This document shows positions 1 to 7,859 of a DNA stretch of 64,000 nucleotides, piece by piece (the first letter of the stretch is position 1; every line of letters starts with the position of its first letter). The stretch comes from an uncultured Verrucomicrobiae bacterium (GTDB lineage: Bacteria; Verrucomicrobiota; Verrucomicrobiia; Chthoniobacterales; UBA10450). Under the pieces are notes generated by a model, which worked only from the letters and a program-made list of their open reading frames with translations, had not been told where the DNA came from and did not search any database. Both the position numbers and the translations under genes were made by a program. The stretch lies in NCBI GenBank assembly GCA_963772365.1, contig CAVYXA010000005.1, positions 224,001 to 288,000 on the forward strand, read 5' to 3'.

Positions 1-562
1 GCACAACCCACGCGATAAAACGCACCAGACCGTAACGCAGATCGACCCGATGACTCATCAACTCCAGATGCTGATTCATCACTCCGGCCGCCTGTTCCAC
101 TGACGAGCTGGACTGGAATTGGAGGACCGCGATGTTGATGAGCGAGGGAAGAAATCCATTTTCATGATCGAACGCACCGGCTACGCGCCGCCGAATTGGC
201 CCGAGATCCTGCGAAACGAGGACGGTCTGATCGTCCTCCGGCAAAAAATGCTGGCCCAGAAAGCCGTTCTCTCGCGTGGCAATGCGCCACCTCACAAAGA
301 TTTCGCCCAGCCCGATGAAAAACATGATGTGCATCAAATTTTGGATCGTGAACGGATAAAGGAAATGTTGCGACGGCTTGTCCAGCACGAGAACCGCTGC
401 GCGTCCGGAAAGAATCAGGCTGAGCAGCCCGATGAAGATCAGGCTGGCAACTGCCGCCAGAATGAGTGCGCTGGAGCGCTTTGGCTTTTCCCAGAGCGAA
501 CTCAATCCCGGACCGATCGTGGCCGAGGCCGTACTAAGATCGACAGGACGGGCATGATTCAT
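1..562 (-). CDS. MotA/TolQ/ExbB proton-channel family membrane protein (partial, runs off window start)
   Basis: Manual translation from ATG at 562: MNHARPVDL...hydrophobic segments...VDLRYGLVRFIAWVV, open to position 1. The end resembles the start of a MotA/ExbB domain. Not in the ORF track. Confidence 0.6.
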   Translation of the reverse strand, partial: MNHARPVDLSTASATIGPGLSSLWEKPKRSSALILAAVASLIFIGLLSLILSGRAAVLVLDKPSQHFLYPFTIQNLMHIMFFIGLGEIFVRWRIATRENGFLGQHFLPEDDQTVLVSQDLGPIRRRVAGAFDHENGFLPSLINIAVLQFQSSSSVEQAAGVMNQHLELMSHRVDLRYGLVRFIAWVV

Positions 563-752
563 GATCGCGCGCCGTCCGTAGAGTCATTGATCTGGCTTGG
601 GATTCTCACATCGTGGTCGCAACTCCCCGCTGGTTGCGAACATGATAGGCTAATAAAAATTCAGCTCGGCAGGCAAGTGATTCCTCAATCAGGCGCTGTG
701 TTTTACCAACGCGTTCCACCTTTACCACGAGCCGAGCGTTTTCCAAGCCGTG

Positions 753-1043
753 TCAGGCCACTCCCGCGCCCGGCTTATATCGGCTCTGCAAGATCGCGTC
801 GTGAATGTCGGGCACGTGAATTTTGCGCGCGTCGAAAGTGACGACCACGCGCTCCTCCTCACGATCGACAGTCACATCCTGAACGCCATTGAGCTTCATC
901 AGGATCGGGCGCAACCGACGCATGCACGTCTCGCAATCTTCGCCTTCGGTGGCGATCTCGATCTTCTCCAGAATGGCGTGATCGGCGCGCTCGCTGAAAA
1001 ACGGATCGGCCGGTTCGTGTTCGTTTGGTCGAGCAGGATCCAT
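753..1043 (-). CDS. Heavy-metal-associated (HMA) domain protein
   Basis: GEDCETC metal-binding motif followed by LNGVQDVTVD, typical of HMA/CopZ folds. Start placed at ATG 1043. Confidence 0.7.
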   Translation of the reverse strand: MDPARPNEHEPADPFFSERADHAILEKIEIATEGEDCETCMRRLRPILMKLNGVQDVTVDREEERVVVTFDARKIHVPDIHDAILQSRYKPGAGVA

Positions 1044-1050
1044 ATCAAAC

Positions 1051-1710
1051 TTATCTTTCGTGTGACGCTGGCTGAGCGGTTGTGTTGAGGGCAATTGGTT
1101 TCAAAACCCGCCAGACATTCTCCGCCAGCACCCGCTGGCCGTCCGCATTTGGATGGATGTGGTCCGGCAGATTCAACAAGGCGTTCCCTCCAACGTCTTT
1201 GAGCAGATACGGCACGAGAGCGGCGTGATTCTTTTCGGCAAGGTCAGGATACATTCGTCCGAACGCGCCGACGTAATCGTTGGCGGTGTAATTGGGAAGC
1301 TCCATCCCGCAAATCACAATGTGTACGTTCGGGTTACGCGCCTTCACCTTGTCGACGATCTCCTGAAGATTGTCTTCAATTTCGTCGATGGGGCGGCCGA
1401 GAAAAAAATCGTTGATACCCAATTCCAAAATAAAGATGTCGATCCTGTGTTTGAGATGGGGCGGTAAACGCAGCAACCCATCCGCGCTCGTCCCACCACT
1501 GGCGCTGGCGTTCGTCACTTCGTAATTCAAACCGGCAGCGCGCAGCTTGTCTGTAAGCAAGGCCGGATACGCCTGGCTCCGATCGAGACCAAAGCCAGCC
1601 GATAAACTGTCGCCGAAAATTAGGATACGCTTTGGGGCTCGCGCCGCGCTGAGCGCCAAAGTGGTTAAAAAGATAACGGAAGCGACTTTCGTGACACGCA
1701 CATCATTCAA
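1051..1710 (-). CDS. Arylesterase / GDSL (SGNH) lipase, TesA-like
   Basis: FGDSLSAG, ELGIND and DHIHPN motifs plus an N-terminal signal peptide. Confidence 0.9.
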   Translation of the reverse strand: MNDVRVTKVASVIFLTTLALSAARAPKRILIFGDSLSAGFGLDRSQAYPALLTDKLRAAGLNYEVTNASASGGTSADGLLRLPPHLKHRIDIFILELGINDFFLGRPIDEIEDNLQEIVDKVKARNPNVHIVICGMELPNYTANDYVGAFGRMYPDLAEKNHAALVPYLLKDVGGNALLNLPDHIHPNADGQRVLAENVWRVLKPIALNTTAQPASHER

Positions 1711-1788
1711 TCGACACGCAATTTCACGTTGGACGTTGCCCGCTGAGCGTTTAACCTTTTTTCCCTTTAACCCTTCAACGAATAGATT

Positions 1789-2790
1789 ATGGCAAACTTC
1801 GGCATCAACGGCTTCGGCCGCATCGGGCGCAACGTGTTGCGCGCCATGTCACAGAAACAAGTCGAGCGCGTCAGCGCCATCAACGATCTCACTGATACAC
1901 ATACTCTCGCGCATTTGCTTAAGTGGGATTCGGTCCACGGCAAGTTCGACGGCGAGATTGGCTACGATGACGAGAACATCGTCGTGCGCGGTCACAAGAT
2001 CCGGATTTTCAAGGAACGCGACCCGGCGAATCTTCCCTGGAAGAAACTCGATGTCGATGTTGTGCTGGAATCGACCGGCTTTTTCACCGCGCGCGACAAG
2101 GCCGAGCTGCACATCAGCAAAGGCGGCGCGAAACGGGTCTTAATCAGCGCACCGGCGAAAAATCCCGACGCCACGATTTGTATCGGAATCAATGACGACG
2201 TTTACGATCCGGCCAAGCACACCATTGTTTCAAACGCGAGCTGCACGACGAATTGTCTCGCGCCGTTGGCCAAAGTAATGCACGAAAAATTTGGCGTGGC
2301 TCACGGATTCATGAGCACGATCCACAGCTACACCAATGACCAGCGAATTCTCGATCTTCCACATGATGACTTGCGGCGTGCCCGGGCGGCTGCCATCAGC
2401 ATTATCCCATCAAGCACCGGCGCGGCCAAAGCGATCGGCGAAGTGATCCCCGCGCTGAAAGGGAAACTAAATGGCGGCGCGTTTCGTGTGCCGACACCGG
2501 ATGGTTCCGTCACGGACTTCAGTGCGCTCCTAGAGAAAGATGTCACCGTCGAAGCGATCAATGCTGCGTTCAAAGAAGCTGCAGCGGACAAGAAATACAA
2601 AGGCGTTCTCGAATTCAGCGACGAACCGCTGGTCTCGCAGGATATCGTGGGCAACCCGCACTCGTGCATCTTCGACAGCAAACTCACCATCACGCTCGGC
2701 AACCGGTTCGCCAAAATCGTCGGCTGGTACGATAACGAATGGGGCTACAGCAATCGGTGCGTCGAGATGTTGGAAATGCTGGCGAAGTAG
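1789..2790 (+). CDS. gap: Type I glyceraldehyde-3-phosphate dehydrogenase
   Basis: GINGFGRIGR, SNASCTTNCLAP, WYDNEWGY. Confidence 0.98.
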   Translation: MANFGINGFGRIGRNVLRAMSQKQVERVSAINDLTDTHTLAHLLKWDSVHGKFDGEIGYDDENIVVRGHKIRIFKERDPANLPWKKLDVDVVLESTGFFTARDKAELHISKGGAKRVLISAPAKNPDATICIGINDDVYDPAKHTIVSNASCTTNCLAPLAKVMHEKFGVAHGFMSTIHSYTNDQRILDLPHDDLRRARAAAISIIPSSTGAAKAIGEVIPALKGKLNGGAFRVPTPDGSVTDFSALLEKDVTVEAINAAFKEAAADKKYKGVLEFSDEPLVSQDIVGNPHSCIFDSKLTITLGNRFAKIVGWYDNEWGYSNRCVEMLEMLAK

Positions 2791-2792
2791 CA

Positions 2793-3259
2793 ATCTTGAT
2801 CATGCTCGTGCTCATGATCATGATCGAAGAATGAAGACATATTTCGATCACGAGAAGCTGGATGTTTATCAGGAGGCAATCGCCTTCTGCCGCTGGGTGG
2901 GTGAGTTCATCGGCGGCATCAATGCTAGGCTTGCGGCAAAAGACCAGCTCGATCGCGCTTCCACAAGCATTCCGCTTAATATCGCCGAAGGAAACGGCAA
3001 GCTTTCTAATGCTGATCGAGCACGATTTCTGGAAATAGGACGCGGCTCCGCTCTGGAGTGTGCCGCTTGTCTGGATGTCGTCGTCGCGCGCAGACTCGCT
3101 CAGCCCGATGATATTGTTGCCGCGAAAGAGCAGCTCGTCCGTATTGTAAATATGTTGATGGGGCTGTTGAAACGCTTTTCAGGCCGCGCCGAATTCTTGC
3201 GTGAAGATGAAGCACTTTATCACATCGATCATGATCAGGATCATGAGCATGATCATGAT
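2793..3259. repeat. 35-nt inverted repeat of hexamer units flanking a four-helix-bundle gene
   Basis: Left arm 2793-2827 ATCTTGATCATGCTCGTGCTCATGATCATGATCGA; right arm 3225-3259 TCGATCATGATCAGGATCATGAGCATGATCATGAT. 31/35 Watson-Crick complementary by manual alignment. Confidence 0.85.
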
Positions 3260-3271
3260 GGGACGAGATGA
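2831..3271 (+). CDS. Four helix bundle protein (23S rRNA IVS protein-like family)
   Basis: MKTYFDHEKLDVYQ...DQLDRASTSIPLNIAEG...GSALECAACLD. Start at ATG 2831. Confidence 0.9.
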   Translation: MKTYFDHEKLDVYQEAIAFCRWVGEFIGGINARLAAKDQLDRASTSIPLNIAEGNGKLSNADRARFLEIGRGSALECAACLDVVVARRLAQPDDIVAAKEQLVRIVNMLMGLLKRFSGRAEFLREDEALYHIDHDQDHEHDHDGTR

Positions 3272-4479
3272 GTAAACTCACCCTTCGCGATCTCAACGTG
3301 CGCGGGAAACGCGTGCTGGTGCGGGTTGATTTCAATGTTCCCACCGATGTTCACGGAGGGAAGTTTCGAATCACCGATGACACCAGAATTCGGGAGAGCT
3401 TGCCCACGATCAATTATCTTCGCGAGCACAAGGCCAAGACGATTTTGATGTCGCATTTTGGTCGGCCTAAAGGGAAACCGGTCGATAAATTTTCGCTGCG
3501 TTCAATAGGCGATCATTTGCATTCGCTCATTCATCATCCGGTGATTTTCAGCCACGACACGATCGGGAACGTGCCGAAGACAATCATCGAGTCGATGCAG
3601 GAAGGCGATGTCGCTTTGCTGGAAAATGTGCGGTTCCAGCCGGAGGAAGAAGCCAACGATCCGAAGTTTGCCGAAGCCCTGGCCAATTTGGGGGATCTTT
3701 ATGTGAATGATGCTTTTGGTACGGCGCATCGCGCTCATGCTTCGACGGCTGGCATTACGAAGTTCGTGAAGCAATCGGCGATGGGCCTGTTGATGGAAAA
3801 GGAGCTGAAATATCTGCGGGAAGAATTGACCAAACCAAAAAAACCATTCCTCGTGATCATGGGCGGCTCGAAAGTTTCCGATAAAATAGGTGTGCTCAAA
3901 GCCCTCATGGAAAAAGCTGACACCATCCTGATCGGGGGCGCGATGGCGAACACGTTTTTCAAAGCGCAGGGGATTCCGATCGGTGAAAGCCGGGTCGAGT
4001 CTGACAAAGTCAATCTCGCGAATGAAATTGTCGATCTTGCCAAAGAACGCGAAGTGAAATTTGTGTTGCCCGTCGATGTCGTCGAAGCGGAAGAAGTTCA
4101 ATCGGGTGCGTCCATGACGAACACGAGCCGGCTTTCGCCGGAACATGGCGTCCGCGACGGCTGGCACGCGGTCGATATCGGCACGGCGACAATCGCGTTG
4201 TATCAGGAAGAGATAGCCAAGGCGGAAACGATTTTGTGGAACGGTCCGCTGGGCGTTTTTGAAATTCCCGAATTCGCGGAAGGCACCATAGCAATCGCAG
4301 AAGCTCTCGCGCAATGCGGTGCTACCACGATCATCGGTGGTGGTGATTCAGTCACAGCAGTAAAGCAAGCAGGCTTGGCCGACAAAATGACGTTTATTTC
4401 GACCGGCGGCGGTGCGTCGCTTGAATTATTGGAAGGCAAGGAACTGCCTGGAGTCGCAGCATTATCGGATAAATCTTAG
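3268..4479 (+). CDS. pgk: Phosphoglycerate kinase
   Basis: VRVDFNVP, NDAFGTAHRAH, STGGGASLELLEG. Confidence 0.98.
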   Translation: MSKLTLRDLNVRGKRVLVRVDFNVPTDVHGGKFRITDDTRIRESLPTINYLREHKAKTILMSHFGRPKGKPVDKFSLRSIGDHLHSLIHHPVIFSHDTIGNVPKTIIESMQEGDVALLENVRFQPEEEANDPKFAEALANLGDLYVNDAFGTAHRAHASTAGITKFVKQSAMGLLMEKELKYLREELTKPKKPFLVIMGGSKVSDKIGVLKALMEKADTILIGGAMANTFFKAQGIPIGESRVESDKVNLANEIVDLAKEREVKFVLPVDVVEAEEVQSGASMTNTSRLSPEHGVRDGWHAVDIGTATIALYQEEIAKAETILWNGPLGVFEIPEFAEGTIAIAEALAQCGATTIIGGGDSVTAVKQAGLADKMTFISTGGGASLELLEGKELPGVAALSDKS

Positions 4480-4486
4480 GGCTTTC

Positions 4487-5251
4487 ATGAGAAAGAAAAT
4501 CATCGCGGCGAATTGGAAAATGAACAAAACGCAGGCCGAGGCCGAGCGTTTCATCGAGAGCTTCCTGATCGAGATCGGCGACAATCGTGATGCCGAGATC
4601 GTGATCATTCCGCCGTTCACGGCGATCGCGAAGGTGAATGAGGCGTTAGGCAAAGCGCAACACATCAAGGTAGGCGCGCAAAACATGCACTGGGAACCCC
4701 ACGGCGCATTCACCGGCGAGATCTCCGCTTCCATGCTGCGCGATTTGTTCGTGCGCTATGTCGTGCTCGGCCATAGCGAACGGCGGACCTTGTTTGGCGA
4801 AACCGATAAAATCGTAAACCGGAAAGCGCGAGCCGCACACGACTCGGCATTGCGCCCGATTGTGTGTGTCGGGGAAACACTTGAGCAGCGCGACAAGGGA
4901 AATGTGGATAAGATATTGTCGATCCAGCTCCGCGGAAGTCTGGCTGGTCTCGAGGCGAAACAATTACAGGAGACTGTGATTGCGTATGAGCCGGTCTGGG
5001 CGATCGGCACCGGTCGCAACGCTACGCCGGGTGAGGCTCAAGATGCACATGCCTTTATCCGACAGGTGATAGGCGAGATGTCCGATGGCGCGACGGCCGA
5101 CAGAATTCGGGTCCAGTACGGCGGAAGTGTGAAACCCGAAAATGCGCGCGAGCTGATGTCGCAACCGGACATCGATGGCGCGCTAGTTGGAGGGGCCAGT
5201 CTCGAACCGCGCAGCTTTGCCGAGATTGTAAAGGTAGCGAGCGAGCAATAG
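4487..5251 (+). CDS. tpiA: Triosephosphate isomerase
   Basis: AANWKMN, AYEPVWAIGTG, YGGSVKPEN, DGALVGGASL. Start at ATG 4487. Confidence 0.98.
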   Translation: MRKKIIAANWKMNKTQAEAERFIESFLIEIGDNRDAEIVIIPPFTAIAKVNEALGKAQHIKVGAQNMHWEPHGAFTGEISASMLRDLFVRYVVLGHSERRTLFGETDKIVNRKARAAHDSALRPIVCVGETLEQRDKGNVDKILSIQLRGSLAGLEAKQLQETVIAYEPVWAIGTGRNATPGEAQDAHAFIRQVIGEMSDGATADRIRVQYGGSVKPENARELMSQPDIDGALVGGASLEPRSFAEIVKVASEQ

Positions 5252-5332
5252 CGGATTCAACGGGCTGTTTTGTGGCCGACTTGCTCGTTGGTCTTGCAAT
5301 CTGTCCAATCCTATAAATCCTGTCTGGAGATC

Positions 5333-5792
5333 TCTTCCTCTTCCTCTCCCTCTTAATCTTGATCCGAACATTAATCTCTATGCCGTTCCATCACGAAAAG
5401 CTGACCGTCTATCGACGAGCGTTAGAATTCGCGACTTGGTCGCAAATTCTCATCGACTCATTAACTAAAACGACCTCGACCCGCGATCACTTGGAGCGTG
5501 CCGGCGACAGCATTGCGTTGAATATCGCCGAGGGAAACGGCAAATTCTCACAGACAGATCGGGCCCGTTTTTTCCAGATCGCACACGGCTCGGCTCTTGA
5601 GTCCGCAGGATGCCTTGATCTTCTGGTCGCGCGAGGCTGTTGTGAAGGCGATGCAATCGTGAAAGGCAAAGCGCTGCTGGAAGAAATCGTAAAGATGCTT
5701 TTTAAGATGCTTGATCAACTGGGCTGCAGGATCGCGAAAGATGCGCCCGGCTACGGGGAGGCAGCAGACGAAGAGGAAGCGGAAGAGGAAGA
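5333..5792. repeat. 22-nt inverted repeat of hexamer units flanking the second four-helix-bundle gene
   Basis: Left arm 5333-5354 TCTTCCTCTTCCTCTCCCTCTT; right arm 5771-5792 AAGAGGAAGCGGAAGAGGAAGA. 20/22 complementary. Confidence 0.8.
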
Positions 5793-5796
5793 TTGA
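5380..5796 (+). CDS. Four helix bundle protein, second paralogue
   Basis: MPFHHEKLTVY...HLERAGDSIALNIAEGNGK...GSALESAGCLD, clearly homologous to 2831..3271. Confidence 0.9.
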   Translation: MPFHHEKLTVYRRALEFATWSQILIDSLTKTTSTRDHLERAGDSIALNIAEGNGKFSQTDRARFFQIAHGSALESAGCLDLLVARGCCEGDAIVKGKALLEEIVKMLFKMLDQLGCRIAKDAPGYGEAADEEEAEEED

Positions 5797-5798
5797 TC

Positions 5799-6329
5799 AT
5801 GGCAATCACCGTTCCACGACCGAAGCTGAATTGGCGTGAGCGCCTTTATCTTCCGGCAATTTTTGCCGGCCTGGTGATCACCTTCAAACATTTCGTGAAC
5901 ATGCTGCTCGGTCGCACCAAGGTGACCATGCAATATCCGGAAGAGAAATGGGATTCGAATTTGCCCGATCACTATCGCGGTGCGCCCGCTCTGGTGAGAG
6001 ATGCCGATGGTCGGGTGCGCTGCGTCGCGTGTCAGCTTTGTGAATTCATCTGCCCACCGCGTGCGATCAAGATTGTCCCAGGCGAAATTCCATCGACCGA
6101 TCGGTTTGCCAAAGTCGAGAAACATCCCGAGGAATTCGATATCGACATGATCCGCTGCATCTTTTGCGGGATGTGCGAGGAGGTTTGTCCCGAGCAGGCG
6201 ATTTTTTTACGAAAAGATTACGCCATCACCGGTTTCACTCGCGAAGAGATGGTGTATCGAAAAGACAAGCTGATCGAGATCGGCGGAGTGATGCATGGCG
6301 TCGTTTTGAAATGGAATGAAAAGAAGTGA
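5799..6329 (+). CDS. nuoI: NADH-quinone oxidoreductase subunit I
   Basis: Two CxxCxxCxxxCP motifs and TMQYPEEK. Confidence 0.95.
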   Translation: MAITVPRPKLNWRERLYLPAIFAGLVITFKHFVNMLLGRTKVTMQYPEEKWDSNLPDHYRGAPALVRDADGRVRCVACQLCEFICPPRAIKIVPGEIPSTDRFAKVEKHPEEFDIDMIRCIFCGMCEEVCPEQAIFLRKDYAITGFTREEMVYRKDKLIEIGGVMHGVVLKWNEKK

Positions 6330-6330
6330 G

Positions 6331-6409
6331 GCCACAGCTTGACACAGATGTTCGCCGATTTTTCAGATTTCGATCTTACATCTGTGTTTGATCTGTGTTC
6401 ATCTGTGGC
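6331..6409. repeat. Empty inverted-repeat element (ACACAGATG-type 9-mer units) between nuoI and nuoJ
   Basis: GCCACAGCTTGACACAGATG ... CATCTGTGTTTGATCTGTGTTCATCTGTGGC. Confidence 0.8.
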
Positions 6410-6416
6410 TTGAAAA

Positions 6417-6920
6417 ATGTCTGCATTTCTTTTCTGGATATTCGCGATCATGATGCTGGTGTTCGGCGCGGCCGTGATCATCGTGCGCAATCCAGTGGCC
6501 AGCGCGCTGAATCTGGTGATGTCGTTCCTCGGGCTGGCAGCGCTTTTCATTTTGCTCGATGCTTACTTCATCGGCATCATCCAGGTCCTCGTTTATGCCG
6601 GAGCGGTGATGGTGCTGTTCCTTTTCATCATCATGCTTTTGAACCTGCGGGCCGAGGAAGCGCGACGAATCAACTGGCCGACCGGTATGGGGGCGATCGC
6701 GGTCGGTCAGCTTCTGATGTTCCAGATTTTTTTTGTCGTCGCGCATTTTAAAGCCGCCGCGCAACCATTTCCGCCGTTACCAACATCGACAATCGATGAC
6801 GTCCGAAACGTCGGCGCCTTGTTGTTCGCCAATTACAATCTGCCATTTCAGATCATTGGCGTGCTGGTGCTCGTCGCCACAATTGGCGTAGTTCTTCTGA
6901 GCAAGCGCGAAACGAAATAA
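6417..6920 (+). CDS. nuoJ: NADH-quinone oxidoreductase subunit J
   Basis: QVLVYAGAVMVLFLFIIMLL. Confidence 0.95.
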   Translation: MSAFLFWIFAIMMLVFGAAVIIVRNPVASALNLVMSFLGLAALFILLDAYFIGIIQVLVYAGAVMVLFLFIIMLLNLRAEEARRINWPTGMGAIAVGQLLMFQIFFVVAHFKAAAQPFPPLPTSTIDDVRNVGALLFANYNLPFQIIGVLVLVATIGVVLLSKRETK

Positions 6921-6933
6921 GATGAAACTTTTA

Positions 6934-7037
6934 GCCCGCGAATCACGCGAATGCGCGCGAATGAGAGAGATGCAAAAGCCCACTCTCAAGCTCAGCTCAT
7001 ATCTATTTCTTCGCGTCTATTCGCGTGATTCGCGGGC
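6934..7037. repeat. Empty inverted-repeat element (CGCGAAT units) between nuoJ and nuoK
   Basis: GCCCGCGAATCACGCGAAT... / ...ATTCGCGTGATTCGCGGGC, a perfect 19-bp terminal complement. Confidence 0.9.
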
Positions 7038-7049
7038 CGAAAGAATAGC

Positions 7050-7370
7050 ATGATTACACTCGGACAATACCTGATCGCCAGCGGAATTTTGTTCGCAATC
7101 GGATTTGCCGGAGTGATCCTGCGTCGAAATCTCATTGTCATTTTGATGTCGCTCGAATTGATGTTGAATGCGGCCAATCTCTCGCTGGTGGCGTTCTCCC
7201 GATTTCGTGTCGATCCAACTGGTATGCCGAATTACAACGCGCAGGTCTTCGTTTTTTTCATCATCACCGTGGCGGCGGCTGAAGTCGCCGTTGGCCTTGC
7301 CATCATCGTAGCTCTCTATCGCCTCCGCCAGACCACCGATGTAAAAGACATCAGCAGTTTGAAATTTTGA
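7050..7370 (+). CDS. nuoK: NADH-quinone oxidoreductase subunit K
   Basis: [22 protein letters not shown]. Confidence 0.95.
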   Translation: MITLGQYLIASGILFAIGFAGVILRRNLIVILMSLELMLNAANLSLVAFSRFRVDPTGMPNYNAQVFVFFIITVAAAEVAVGLAIIVALYRLRQTTDVKDISSLKF

Positions 7371-7851
7371 GCCCGCGAATCACGCGAATCAAAGCGAATT
7401 ATGACGGAAATCATTCATAGGAAAGAAAGTTACGCGATTATCGGGGCCTGCTTTGAGGTCTACAATGATAAGGGCTGTGGGTTTCTCGAACCGGTTTATC
7501 AGGAATGTCTCGGCATCGAATTTGAATACCAGCGGGTACCAGCGATTCCTAAACCGTTCCTCACCCTCAATTACCGTGGACGTATTTTGACACAAACTTA
7601 CGTGCCGGATTTCGTTTGCTTCGAAAAAATTATCGTTGAACTGAAAGCGGTATCGGCCCTAATCGACGAGCACCGGGCTCAGCTCCTGAATTACCTGCAC
7701 GCCACCGGCTTCGAGCTAGGCCTATTAGTGAATTTTGGCCATTACCCGAAACTTGAACATGAACGCATTGCAAAGACTCGGTACATACCACCAAAATCCG
7801 ACTTTTCAGATGTGTCTTTGTAAATTCGCGTTAATTCGCGTGATTCGCGGG
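7371..7851. repeat. Filled inverted-repeat element (same CGCGAAT arms) enclosing the GxxExxY gene
   Basis: Left arm 7371-7400 GCCCGCGAATCACGCGAATCAAAGCGAATT; right arm 7823-7851 AATTCGCGTTAATTCGCGTGATTCGCGGG. Confidence 0.9.
7401..7823 (+). CDS. GxxExxY protein (PD-(D/E)XK-like nuclease superfamily)
   Basis: GFLEPVY signature, PDFVCFEKIIVELKA and QLLNYL...GLLVNFG. Confidence 0.92.
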   Translation: MTEIIHRKESYAIIGACFEVYNDKGCGFLEPVYQECLGIEFEYQRVPAIPKPFLTLNYRGRILTQTYVPDFVCFEKIIVELKAVSALIDEHRAQLLNYLHATGFELGLLVNFGHYPKLEHERIAKTRYIPPKSDFSDVSL

Positions 7852-7859
7852 TCAATCCA

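Noticed and set aside
119..841. 240-aa plus-strand ORF
   Set aside because: It is the shadow of the minus-strand membrane protein gene (1..562) and has no recognisable motifs.
2540..2830. N-terminal extension of the four-helix-bundle ORF
   Set aside because: It overlaps gap out of frame; family similarity starts at ATG 2831.
2831..5796. Diversity-generating retroelement, since four-helix bundles resemble Avd
   Set aside because: There is no reverse transcriptase and no TR/VR pair with adenine-specific differences in the window.
6331..7851. CRISPR array or classical IS
   Set aside because: The repeats are inverted, not regularly spaced direct repeats; no cas or transposase gene and no evident target duplication.
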